The translations under genes and the position numbers were made by a program. The notes under the pieces are model-generated. The model was not told where the DNA came from. It made no database searches and was given only the letters and a program-made list of their open reading frames with translations. A stretch of DNA of 57,850 nucleotides, filler included, from Catajapyx aquilonaris (lineage: Eukaryota), in NCBI GenBank assembly GCA_000934665.2. It is 2 parts of 2 records of this genome, joined end to end, with 100 filler letters (N's around TTAATTAATTAA, not from the genome) between each part and the next. Parts side by side here need not be neighbours in the genome. Positions count along the whole stretch, not along the records: positions 1 to 28,813 come from JYFJ02004871.1; positions 28,914 to 57,850 come from KZ539240.1. One strand, given 5' to 3'. This document shows, one piece after another, positions 22,153-32,910 of the stretch; the stretch's first letter is position 1; each line of letters opens with the position of its first letter.

Positions 22153-22366
22153 CAGGGTGTTTCAACTTTGTTGTCTGAACAGTTATCGGAAATATTGCAC
22201 TATAAGCTGCTACTTTGTAAGCAGTGACTAGCAACCGGTTTGTCGGAGGAATGGGGAATATTCCCTGCTAATCTTAGGTTGAAGTGGCATACACTGCTTA
22301 CAAAGTAGCAGCTTATTAGTGTAATATTTCTGATAACTGTTCGGACACAAAAGTTGAAACACCCTG
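22153..22366. mobile_element. Small Tc1/mariner-like MITE
   Basis: TA-CAGGGTGTTTCAACTTT ... AAAGTTGAAACACCCTG-TA, ~75-bp arms. Confidence 0.85.
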
Positions 22367-22662
22367 TATAAGAATTTATTAACTGCCACCTAAAGTCGAT
22401 TTCATATTTCATAAGTTCTAGGACTTATTTTATCAAAAGGGTGAAATTAATTTGATGCTAATAATAGATTTGGTCATTGCTGTCCCCCATGTTACTCACT
22501 GGATTTGACGTGAAGGTGGAGCTGGATATCTTATCCTCAGAAAATATTGTAACAGCATTCTTTGTCAAGTTTAATTATCACGGTGATAGTAATAACAAAT
22601 TGTGACTTAAGTTTTTAATTTGAATTTTTACTCTCTTATTAGGGTCATCTGGGGAATCAAAG

Positions 22663-25600
22663 ATGGCTGAGGCCAATTACATGGATCCATCTTATGACCC
22701 AGGTAAGTAATTGTAGCTATTATTGGTGTTTTCTAGAGAATGTGTTGTTCTTAACTAAGGTCGAATATACAGGGTGGCTTAAAAGTATTGTCTCCTGCCC
22801 TCTGAGAGACTGATTAGGTGCACCTGCAAAGAGAAAAACCACATCTTTTATATTTTCTTAAAGTTACCCCATTGGAGGGAATGGAGCTCTATTTGGGGCT
22901 GGGGGGGGGGGGGGGGGGGGNGAACCACCGTAAATATAATTTTCTTATTTTTCTTTAGCAAGTACGAAAGGACATGGGGTAGGGATGAGGAATTTTTGGG
23001 GAGAGGGGACAGGTGCAGGTGCAATGTCGGTAAGCGTTCATGTGCAGTCCCCCAGGAGGTTAGGTTGCCAGACACCTCCAAGGTGACCCTCCTGACACAG
23101 GCGAAAGGGAGCTCCTAGGCGGGGATCGAACCTGGGACCTTTCACTCGGCAAGCCGAGACGTTACCATCTCAGCCACCACACTTCCCTGAGAGAAACCAC
23201 ATCATATATTGCAATGGAATCACTTTCATTCGAAAGGTGGAATTCTCTCCTTGGAATGAACTTTTTGTTTTTCAATTGGCTTCATAATACAACCTTCCAA
23301 AAATTTTCAGTTTTCTTTCAGTTTTCTTACCCCATTGAGGATCAGTGGCGCTAGTCTAGGGGAACACACTCCCCTTTACATATAGACCACTGTAATCCTT
23401 GTCATCATATCGTGGGCATTAACCTCTTCACTACCAGATAGGCCCAAACCACACAGATTTTGGATTACGCATACTCCGAAGATACGCACAAGATATTTTA
23501 CAAATAATAACAACTATACTTACTCGATCAACCGAAGCAGTAGTGGTGTAGTGGATATGGTGTCCGACTGCTAATCGGGAGGTCCTGGGTTCGAATCCCG
23601 GAGGCCGGCGATCCTGACCTTGGTTTTCTGTGGTTTCCCAAGGTCACTCCAGGAATAATTTCCGGGATCGTACCGTAATATAGGCCACAGCCGTTTCCCT
23701 CCTTTCCCTGTCCTGGAGGAGATGCGGGTCAGTCGGGGGTTTCTGACCCGCATCTAGGGGGGCCATCTATGGCGAACGGACCCCCCTGGGGGACTGCACA
23801 CGACCCCCAACATGAGAGATTGCACATGCACCAGTGTCCCCCCTTCCTATCCTTACCTTGTCCCTGCACCAGCTAATGTAAAAATAATAATAACAAAAAT
23901 AAAGGAACGTGTGATATACCCCCAGTTGGGGGTGAAAGCACTACCCCAGTTGTTATTATTATTACTATTATTACTTACCCGATCAGGGGAAAACACTATG
24001 AATGAGTCTGGAACAATTTTACTAATCTAGAAGTCTCTAAATTAATGAAAGCCATGCCAGACAAATTTGCTTAGATCATCGTACTTTGCAAGAAATAAAT
24101 TAATACTTATTTTCAGCTTTATGGCACTTTGCGATCGAAGCAAATCAATCCAGGAGTTTTCCGAAGTGCCAGAAAGCCGCACATAAGTATTACTACTTAT
24201 TTCTGATCGGTAAATATAGCTGTTATTATTTGTAAAATATCTTGTGCGTATCTTTGGAGTACGCGTGATCCAAAATCTGTGTAGTTCGGGCCTATCTGAT
24301 AACGAAGGGTTAAGGAGAAAGGGCGAATAAACCGTTTAGAAATTTCACAGGAGAGGTAAAATAGGTTGAAAATATAAATTGAGACTGATTTTTTAATGTG
24401 ACAAAGGGAATCAGTTCATGACTCGTGGTGAATGGCATCATGTGCAGTATGGATTGATGTATTAGAACACTGATTCTTGTTCAAATATTCAGAGATCTCA
24501 AGCGATGGTGACACCGGAAGTAGACCTAGGTTCTACCAGGAGGCCGGCGGTGAGACCCACTATTCAGCGTTGAGGTTTTGCATCCATTTGAATAAAACAA
24601 TCATAGAGGTGTACGACATGCTAAGATTGTGAACGGCAGATACTGGTCACCATGTGAGGCCACAAAACGTTGCAACTCTTTGCAAACCTCCACCTGCAAC
24701 TTCTTTTCTTTTGGAGTAAACAGTCTGGGAGCCCATCGCATCGAGTGCAAACATATCGCATGTGCAAATGGTCAATGCAAAATCGTGTGGACACTGGGCA
24801 CTACCACTGGAGGTACAAATCATTATGGCAAGGTCATCGACGGTTATGCAGTGATCTTCCCCGACAATGATTTCCTGTGTCAAAACTCTGATGGGAGTCT
24901 GCAAACCTGGCTCCTTTTTTTTTTTTTTTTGTTACCCCGTGATAGAGCTCGTGGCCCTCTTAGGGGGGAAGGGGAAGTTCCCAAGGGAGGGCGCCGTGCG
25001 ATAGCCATTTCTGACATTCTTTAACACCAGGCCTTTTCTCCTGGCCCCGAGCAGAGAAGGGAGTGCAATTCTGCTCCGGCATGTCGGGTGAAAAGCGGAA
25101 AAAGACCCGGCCAAGCAGAGGTGACGGGGACGGGATTTGAACCCCGGCCTCCCGCTTGGCTGGCCAGCGGCGTAACCGCTAGACCACCATGCCGCCCATC
25201 CTGGCTCCTTATTTGAAAACTGACTGCACACCCTGGCTGAGTGCCTTGTACCATCGGAATGCTGTGGGAAACATCTACGTCATCTCTTAGCATGGCATAC
25301 GCCTTCGTCGCTGTTGTCTTTAAATGGCAACGAAACCTCGGCGCTGAGGCAGAGCGGAGGCAAATATGAACATAGGTCTACTTCCGGTGTCACCGTCGCC
25401 TGGGATTGTGGAATATTCGAACAAGAATTGGTGTTCTAATACTTCAATCCATTCTGGACATGATGCCATTCACTGCGAGTCATGAACTAATTATCTTAAT
25501 CACATTTTTTTTTTTTTTACGTTACCTCGTGCTAGGGCCATAGGCCCTTATAGGGGGGTGGATTACCACCATTTTCCTTCAATTTTCTTATTATTTTCTT

Positions 25601-26609
25601 CTACCACCGGTGCAAGGATGAAAGGACAAGAGGTAAGGATAGGGATTTTCGGGGAGGGAACATGGGTGCAAGTGCACGTCTGAAAACGGGTCATGTGCTG
25701 TTCCCCAGGAGGTTAGGTTGCCAGACACCTCCTTGGTGCAGGTCAGAGACCCTCCTGACGCAGGTGAAAGGAAAGTTCCCCAGGCGGGGATCGAACCTGG
25801 GGCCTTTCACACAGCAAGCCGAGACGTTACCATCACGGCCACCACACCTCCCCAAATATCTTAATCACATAAAAAATCAGTCTCAATTTATCTTGACTGG
25901 CCCTCGTAGTCCTCACAAATTAAGTGTCACTGTATGCGCACTACACATTTGTGACCGAAGCAGTTTGGAGGAGGGGATATGGTGTCCGACTGCTAATCGG
26001 GAGGTCCTGGGATCAAATCCCGGGGCCGGCAACTCTGACCGTGGTTTTCTGTGGTTTCCCACGGTCCTTCCAGGAAAATTCTGGAGTTGCTTCCATAATT
26101 AATAGGCCGCAGCCGCTTCCTTCCGTCCCTATCCTATCCCAAAGAGCACAGTAAAAATGAAAAAGCAGAGTTCCAGGCAAAACAAACTTCCCCCCCTAAC
26201 GAGCCGATGGCTGATAACGGGGTATGAATTATTACACATTTGTGCTTTCAGCAAAATCTGCGGTGGGTGATTTCACCTTACAATATGCATTTTTACCATT
26301 TTCTGAAAAATTGTCTATTCGTCCTTTCTCCTTAATGCCGACGATATGAGACATGAAATCAAACCCACATACCTTTTTCTTACACCAAAAAATACTCTAA
26401 ATGGATAAAATATTAAATAAACGATACTATTCCTTTTTTGGCAAATTAACAAGGATGTTGTAGGGTTATCAGGAGAAATCTGATGGAAATTGGATAAAAC
26501 TTGCAGCTTAGGTACAGATGGGAATGGACAGTCATGTAAAAAGTGGTACCAATATTAATTTTTTCTCCTAGATTTGCACCAGAAGCAAAGTTCCTTTGAT
26601 ATGATTTAA
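22663..26609 (+). CDS. Candidate 25-aa spliced small ORF MAEANYMDPSYDP-DLHQKQSSFDMI* (22663-22702 + 26572-26609)
   Basis: ATG in strong context TCAAAGATGG; phase-1 junction G|AT gives Asp. No family recognised. Confidence 0.3.
22863..23188 (-). mobile_element. SINE family 2 copy
   Basis: Same head and body as 11507-11865. Confidence 0.8.
23419..24313. mobile_element. Older copy of the piggyBac-like foldback MITE, interrupted by SINE family 3
   Basis: TTAA termini; arms homologous to 12365-13163. Confidence 0.8.
23531..23972 (+). mobile_element. tRNA-derived SINE family 3
   Basis: Head GTGGTGTAGTGG...GGTTCGAATCCC; TSD ACTTAC(T/C)CGATCA; ATT-rich tail. Confidence 0.85.
24917..25199 (-). mobile_element. 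tRNA-derived SINE family 4
   Basis: Head GGGCGGCATGGTGGTCTAGCGG...GGTTCAAATCCC; 11-bp TSD CCTGGCTCCTT; poly(A) tail; truncated copy at 36645-36826. Confidence 0.85.
25506..25856 (-). mobile_element. SINE family 2 copy
   Basis: 14-bp TSD TATCTTAATCACAT, poly(A) tail. Confidence 0.87.
25954..26232 (+). mobile_element. SINE family 3 copy
   Basis: 12-bp TSD TACACATTTGTG; same head as 23531. Confidence 0.82.
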
Positions 26610-26784
26610 ATTTTCCCCAATTTAATCTGCAAAGAAAATGCTTTGTCAGGGTTTCTCAGGTTGGTGGCCATCTTTATTACTGAAATTTGCAAATTTACAT
26701 TCCGGTAAGGGTCTACCTGGTTTGGATTCCTAATGCATAATTTATGAACTTTGAAGTGTGTGTGATAATAAGCCCGAGAGTTAT

Positions 26785-28011
26785 ACAGGATGAATCACTA
26801 GATAGTTGACCAAGGTATATGTGTGTAGTTTTCATAGTAATATGAGGAAACAGATAGATTGCACGTCAAATCATACCTTAAACATTTCCTCTGCTGGGAG
26901 ATGTTGTGTCAAGTGGCTCACTAGTCATTGACATGGATGGTCGACTAGCGCGTAGCTCTCGTCATGTGGCACACCGGGCTTATCTCAAGCAGTAGTGCTG
27001 CACTCTTTCCCTGTGAAAGCAGCTTGATGTATAATAATATGAAATCATGAATTGCCAAAGGGCCCAAGTCCGGCGAAGAAAATTTTTCAGGAGACAAAAA
27101 AAACTGTCCTATTCCTGTATGGCTATTACAATGATGCCCCCAAAAATGCACATTGTGCTTTAGAATGTTGTACACAGATTGGCATAAACGATACTCATTT
27201 ATGATCAAACCAGTCTGAGACAAAAAAAAATTGAAAGTCGAGGACTTGGGCCCTTTGTAAAATCATGAGAATTATACATGAACTTAAAGGGTAAATTGGT
27301 GCTGTGGAAAGATGTGATCTTATGTAATAGCAAGTAATAGATGCCCTGGAAGTTTCTGGATGAAACAAGGAGATACGCATCTGAGAGTCTGTATTTTTTA
27401 TTCACTGCAATCACATTATACGCATAATCCTCATCCTCCGGCTCTTGCGAACCATTGGGAGGAAGTTTTTGTAATACCCCTGATTCGTTTCATCAACATA
27501 TGGCATAAGTGCCATCACATCCTGGAGTTTACCGTTCATGTACTTGGGACCTTTGGCAAATTATGGAACATTTCAACAATTTTTTTTACCATAACCATGA
27601 CTGACTTGGGCCCTATCCTTCCGCATGTGAATGCCCCTATGCCTTAGCTACACTTTGGTGGCATTAACTCAATTTCCATGAAATGGTGGACTTGGGCCCT
27701 TTGGCAAATCGTGGTTTCTATGGTTGCTGCCAAATTGCACAACAAGATTCACTTTAACAGGTCTTAAATTATTTCGTTGGATACGTTTTCACAAGGAACA
27801 CATGTTCAGCAACAGTGCAAGTCATTCTGCTGTGTGGGGGAAAGAGTACAGCACTGCTGCTTGAGAAAAGCCTTGTGCGTCACATGAAGAGATTGCTATG
27901 CTCCAGTTGACCATGTCCAGTAACTGTTGATGACTTGTGAGCCACATGACACAACACCTCCCAACAAGAGAAATGTTTGAGGTACAATTTGACGCGAACT
28001 CTGCATCTGTA
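26785..28011. mobile_element. Degenerate foldback element with nested MITE (~27040-27720)
   Basis: Inverted arms ~26850-27012 and ~27837-28008; inner element TTGCCAAAGGGCCCAAGTCC ... GGACTTGGGCCCTTTGGCAA with internal GACTTGGGCCC repeats. Confidence 0.7.
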
Positions 28012-28813
28012 TACAGGGTGTTCCAAGTTCGTGGAAATTTTTTAAGTTATCACTCATATTGCCTGAAGTGGTTATTTTTGTGTAGCTTGTTGCACTCGAT
28101 TCAGTTGCCCCATTACTTCTAGGTGGTCGAACATAGCAGTTGCTATAGTATAGGGCATCTGGTTAGGGGCCCATCATGTTACACACAAAAAACGCATTTT
28201 TTAGTTAAAGTGAAGTCTTCCAGACGAAATTAAAATGAAGATATCTGAATACAAACCCAGAATTTTACTACTCCGACAACAAAATAGGCAACAAACACTT
28301 CTCAAACAGTTTCACTATTTTACCTAAAGTTATTAGGAACTATTTCCACTACAGGTTTTCAAAACAATGTGTGACTCGAAAAATTGGGCATCATCTGCCA
28401 ATATAATAGAAATTGAAAAAGAAAATATGAAAGGTTCTTAGCGCTATCAGTGTCATTAGAAGCTTGAAAAATTGCAAATTTACAACATTTTGACACATCT
28501 TACACCCCGCACATTTGTCAACATGTTGCAAACTTGTTTTTACTTCTTACTAGCAGGTCCAATATCATTAAGCGTATTCTCTGGCCCAAAACAAGTCAAA
28601 AATGTAGGGGTAAGAAATGTTGAGAGACCAACTGGTGACAAGATAGATGACCAGACACATTGGCCTACCCCTCCCTAGACACATGCTGCAACACACACAA
28701 CACTGCCAGGGAGCATATCCCCATATATATAAAGCTCAAAATTTGTACATTTATTTATCACGCCTAATTAAGCCACTTCCCGGGTACGGAGAGCGCTCAA
28801 ACTTCTTAGAGCC

Positions 28814-28913
28814 NNNNNNNNNNNNNNNNNNNNNNNNNNNNNNNNNNNNNNNNNNNNTTAATTAATTAANNNNNNNNNNNNNNNNNNNNNNNNNNNNNNN
28901 NNNNNNNNNNNNN
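28814..28913. other. Artificial assembly spacer
   Basis: 44 N + TTAATTAATTAA (stops in all six frames) + 44 N, exactly 100 bp. Confidence 0.92.
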
Positions 28914-29138
28914 TTGACACAACACGACACAACAACCCTTGTCACGGCTATGTTGAGCGATTATGCTCATTTGGTCCTTATTCTTCACAAGACATTATTT
29001 CCTCACATGCCTTCAAATTCCTCTCAGTTTCGTGGTTTTCATAATTAACTGAATCCCTAAAACAGGTTTCGCTCAACATAGCCGTGACAAGGGTTGTTGT
29101 GTCGTGTTGTGTCAAAAATTTCATGTCTTTCTGTTCAG

Positions 29139-29821
29139 TAATGGGGAAGTAGCCTGCATTTTGGAAACTACATAATAAATTCGCCCATATTTTTTGGATT
29201 TTTTTGGCATATTCCGTTTTAAGATATCAGTTTCAGTTCCGGAGATATTGGCGTTTTTTCGTAGGCAAATGGTGACGTCACTGTTTGCCTGGAAAATATT
29301 GACGTCACGCGAAGTGAAATGAACGCAAAAATGGTGTTATAGAACGCGCCCCGTCATTGTCGTAACATGCTTCGCTGTTGTTAGCAACCGTCCCATTCCG
29401 TGAGCAAGATAGCGGCCGGGGCGCGTATTTATTCCAGGTCGCTCAAGTCGCTCCTGTGCTGACAGTGGTGCCAACTGGTAGGAATTATCTGTCACCCGAA
29501 TTCGGCACATGAAGGCCCCTTTTCTCCACCTCGATGGCCTACAGCTTCCTTGCGAATGCTTTCCGTCGTGTCCGCGGTTAATTCAAAGTCAAATTCCTCA
29601 TACCTCGCAGTCAACCAGGCATTTCAGAGTACCCTATCGATTGGCACCACCCGGGCCCCCGCGTTTTTCCCGCCAATTTTGAAGGCACTTTTAAATGTGC
29701 CGTAATTTATCCAGTAATGTCATTTTGATGCAACAGAGTGATGGAATGTATGTTTACAGGCCTGGGCTAGCTAGTTATGAACAAAAATCCCAAATCCCAG
29801 ACCAAGGCTACTTCCCCATTA
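29139..29821. mobile_element. Non-autonomous DNA transposon with CpG-rich interior
   Basis: TIRs TAATGGGGAAGTAGCC / GGCTACTTCCCCATTA. Confidence 0.65.
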
Positions 29822-29890
29822 CGGAGTTATTAGGCCCTACATTTAACATGTCAACCTCCATAAGCGCCGGGACCTTTATCCCACCCTTAA

Positions 29891-30097
29891 GGCAGTGTTT
29901 ACATTGTCGACTGAGTCGAAGCAACTGACTGCAGTGCTTAAGCGCTCAATCAGTTGGCCGCCCTAAGTGGAGAGCCTCCCAATCAAAAGGAAATAGAGGA
30001 TGCTCTAATTTGTGTTCAACTGGGAAGCCACTGCACAATTCAGGATCAGCCCACTGCAGTCTGTCGCTTCGACTCAGTAGACAATGTAAACGAGGCC
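29891..30097. mobile_element. PIF/Harbinger (Tourist)-like MITE
   Basis: GGCAGTGTTTACATTGTCGACTGAGTCGAAGC ... GCTTCGACTCAGTAGACAATGTAAACGAGGCC, flanked by TAA-like sites. Confidence 0.7.
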
Positions 30098-31491
30098 CTA
30101 AGAAATGCTAAAGTAACACAAGTTATAGCCAGCGGTTTCCCAAGAATGCACGTCTGGCACATCCCACTTTTCAAATTGCCATGCATGCTCCAAGGAGAAA
30201 GTGAGGGTAGAAAGTGAAGCGAACATAATCTCATTAAAAACATTGCACTGGCAAAGGAAATATTATTCAGGTGGTTGTGTGATTTTCATATGTAAATTGA
30301 TATTAAGATATGATGCACTTATGTAATTGTTCATAAAGTAACAACATTATTTCAAAAACAGCACTTCTGCCATCTGGCAACCACGAGTCATTTGTGAAAA
30401 TTTGACAAGTGGGAGATGCCAGATGTGCTTTTCTCTGGGAGCTGCTGGCTATATAAATAAATAAATAAGAGCAAATTGATGTGTGAAGCCTTGTTCTCAA
30501 AAGGCATATTCTCGGCATTTGTCAATTTGCCAAAAAAAAAATTACTTTCACAGAATTTGTTTCGCTCGCATTTTTACAGATTGGAGTTAAGAAAAACTGC
30601 TCATCCTTTTGAAAAGAATCAAATCAGTTTTCCACACCCAGAAACACAAAATGAATTTGCAATGTGGCATCTCACTTGTTGCATTGCATTTGTGAGAACA
30701 TAGTAATCTTTGAAATCTCACACAACCTAACATGGATATCCATATTCAGACTGCAAATCAAAATCGTTCGCACACATTCCAACTGTACCAAGATTAATAT
30801 TACAAAGGTTGGATATTAAGTATTGACAAGTCAGATGTGCAGAAGTGCACCAGCTCCCATGATACAATCAAGAGAGGCAGTGAAGTTGGGCCATAAGACA
30901 GGAGAACTCTAAAGACAGAGGAGATATATGCATGAACAAAAATAATGGTGTTTATGCTCATGAATGTAGGCTAGATCTTCAGGAAGCATACAGTACTAAA
31001 GCACGGCCATATCAGAATGTGGTACTTTGCCAAGTTGAAAGATTTGCAAGGGGAGAATTTTTGCACAAGTGACTTGATCCTCTCTCCCTGCTTCCCTCTT
31101 GCACACCTCAACAATAATGGCTCTGCTTGTGGTGTTCCAGGCCTTCCCGAGGTGCGGAGAAGGTTGTGAACATGGGAAGGGATCACACTGACAAAATGTG
31201 AAGCTAATGTTCACGATGAAAAATGTTATGCTAATAGATAGAGGTGTTATCTCACAGGGAGTTTGGAAAATTCTATGTGCGGAACGTAATTCTGAATTGA
31301 AAAATCCTCTCACTCTGTCTCTGTCATATAAATTATACCTGAGTAGCTGTGGCCCTCCAAAATTTAGGAAAGAGAGTTCTCCATAGAGACAGCTCAGTAA
31401 TAAAGGCTGATAAAAGCCTCATTGGCCCAGCTTGGCATATTATAACGTATTAGCATTCCCTACTCATACAAATAATGTATATCACAATATT

Positions 31492-31810
31492 CAGGGCCAC
31501 TCATTTAAAGTGCGGAAAACCAAACAACGACCTAACGTCATCGTTTCTTGCATTGTTGGGTTTTGTTGCTAGTGTTTACTCATATTGTTCTGTGAGGGTA
31601 TTTCCATGGAAACCTTGATGACGTCAGATAGCCATTTCGTTTTCCGCACCGTAGTATGCATTAAATGGTAATAACAAACAAGGAAATAACAATTATTTGG
31701 AATGAGTTACTAATCAAGCCCTGGTGACTAGATTAAGACACATTCCAATTTGCTGTTAGTGACTGGGTTATTTGTTACTGTCTTTTAATGTGTACTAAAG
31801 AGTGGCCCTG
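31492..31810. mobile_element. hAT-like MITE (degenerate)
   Basis: CAGGGCCACTC ... GAGTGGCCCTG termini; TSD not evident. Confidence 0.55.
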
Positions 31811-32040
31811 ATCTGCATAAATCGTGTGTCAAAGTGGACCAGTGAGACTTTCTGTGTCATTACCAGGCATCAAATTTAGACAAATCCATGCTTACCAAAT
31901 TTGATATTTACAACTTCTTCCCCATATTTTGCAGGGGTGTGCCAGCTCATGTCAACCATTATTTTCAAGCAAAAATTCCAAACGATTTTTCTATTCAGAA
32001 TGGTATCCTACACCTGCAGAATCCCATGTGTCATAGAATA

Positions 32041-32704
32041 CAGGGTGAAGGGAAACTCGTGCCCAATCGCCAGGTAGACTAATAGTACTCGTAAAACTAA
32101 TAGAGATGTGCAATTGGTTTCGGGCTGTTGCGTAGTTAATGAGCACGGCGCTGTCAAAGTTTTGTGACATCACATCCATTCCGGCAGCTTCTAAGAAGCC
32201 AAAGTCAATTCCAGGGCCTCTGGTCCCTTGCCTTGGTCCCCTAACACAGCGTCCATTTGCAAAAGACGATCAAATCCCGTCCGAGTAAGAATCCGGGTAC
32301 AACACCCATGCACTTCGTTCGCACATTCCACCACCAGCCCTCTACACTCGGGACCTTGGGAACTGGAGGTCTGCTCCCGACTGCCCGCGCGCTTAGGCCC
32401 ATCCCAGAGCGGTGCAGCCATCCAGTTCCCCGCGTGGCGGCGCCACTCATTAGCAGACGACACACTTGGACACCTCGCCCTGGGATTACCGTTCCGCGTA
32501 GGGATAAACTAATTGCACTATCGGATTCAGGATTTTTTGCCCAATTTTTAGAGCCAAACTTGTTTTTTGAGTGGAGTGTCCCTTTAAGGGCGGCATACGC
32601 ATTAACTATGCAAAGGAGCCAAAAACTAATTGCACATCCCTGTATTCGTTTTGCGAGTACTATAAGTCTACCTGGCGATTGGGCGCGAGTTTCCCTTCAC
32701 CCTG
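32041..32704. mobile_element. Tc1/mariner-like MITE
   Basis: TA-CAGGGTGAAGGGAAACTCG ... CGAGTTTCCCTTCACCCTG-TA, ~100-bp arms. Confidence 0.87.
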
Positions 32705-32862
32705 TATATTCCAAACACAATGTATATTATATCCAACCCTCATATTTTACACTAATTATGGGCAGATGGCTTATATAAATAGTACAATCCTGTTTACACT
32801 CTTGAAGCCCTCCTAATCAAGCTGCAAGCTCAACCTACAGAGATGACAGAGTCTAATCATAC

Positions 32863-32910
32863 CTAGTGGTTTGGTGAGATGTGAATCACTCCCTTCGTCA
32901 TCAGATCCCT
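32863..32910 (-). CDS. Dyb: Dyb exon [16 protein letters not shown]
   Basis: TTTACAG acceptor, phase 1, donor GTATGA. Confidence 0.7.
   Translation of the reverse strand, partial: RDLMTKGVIHISPNH

Larger units (their letters stand above)
24312..26334 (-). mobile_element. Defective DNA transposon with long TIRs and mariner-like transposase remnant, three nested SINEs
   Basis: Ends TAAGGAGAAAGGGCGAATA / TATTCGTCCTTTCTCCTTA; inverted arms ~24380-24530 versus 25367-25890; minus-strand remnant EDHCITVDDLA...WAPRLFTPKEKKLQVEVCKEL. Confidence 0.75.
18890..26704 (+). other. Putative spliced transcript (exons ~18890-19032, 22643-22702, 26572-26704): lncRNA, small-ORF gene or 5' part of a gene cut by the gap
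   Basis: CAG|GTGAGG donor; CTCTCTTATTAG acceptor with CAG|GTAAGT donor; TTTTTTCTCCTAG acceptor with CG|GTAAGG donor. All three lie in unique islands between TEs. Confidence 0.45.

Noticed and set aside
22480..22600. Possible H/ACA snoRNA upstream of + exon 2
   Set aside because: ANANNA and ACA motifs occur by chance in AT-rich DNA, and I could not fold two convincing hairpins.
23535..23610. tRNA-like sequence with a GCT anticodon-type loop (also tRNA-like heads at 115, 11865, 16057, 25199 and 52832)
   Set aside because: No proper acceptor stem, continues into a repeated body and tail, and is flanked by TSDs. These are SINE heads, not tRNA genes.
27045..27715. Recurring GACTTGGGCCC motif as a possible CRISPR-like array
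   Set aside because: Irregular spacing, short degenerate units and mixed orientation. These are subterminal repeats of a MITE in a eukaryote.
29954..30217. 87-aa ORF that looks protein-like
   Set aside because: TTG start, and it overlaps a Harbinger-like MITE. No recognisable family or supporting splice structure.
32191..32778. Overlapping ORFs up to 173 aa
   Set aside because: GC-rich interior of a MITE; open by composition, no motifs.
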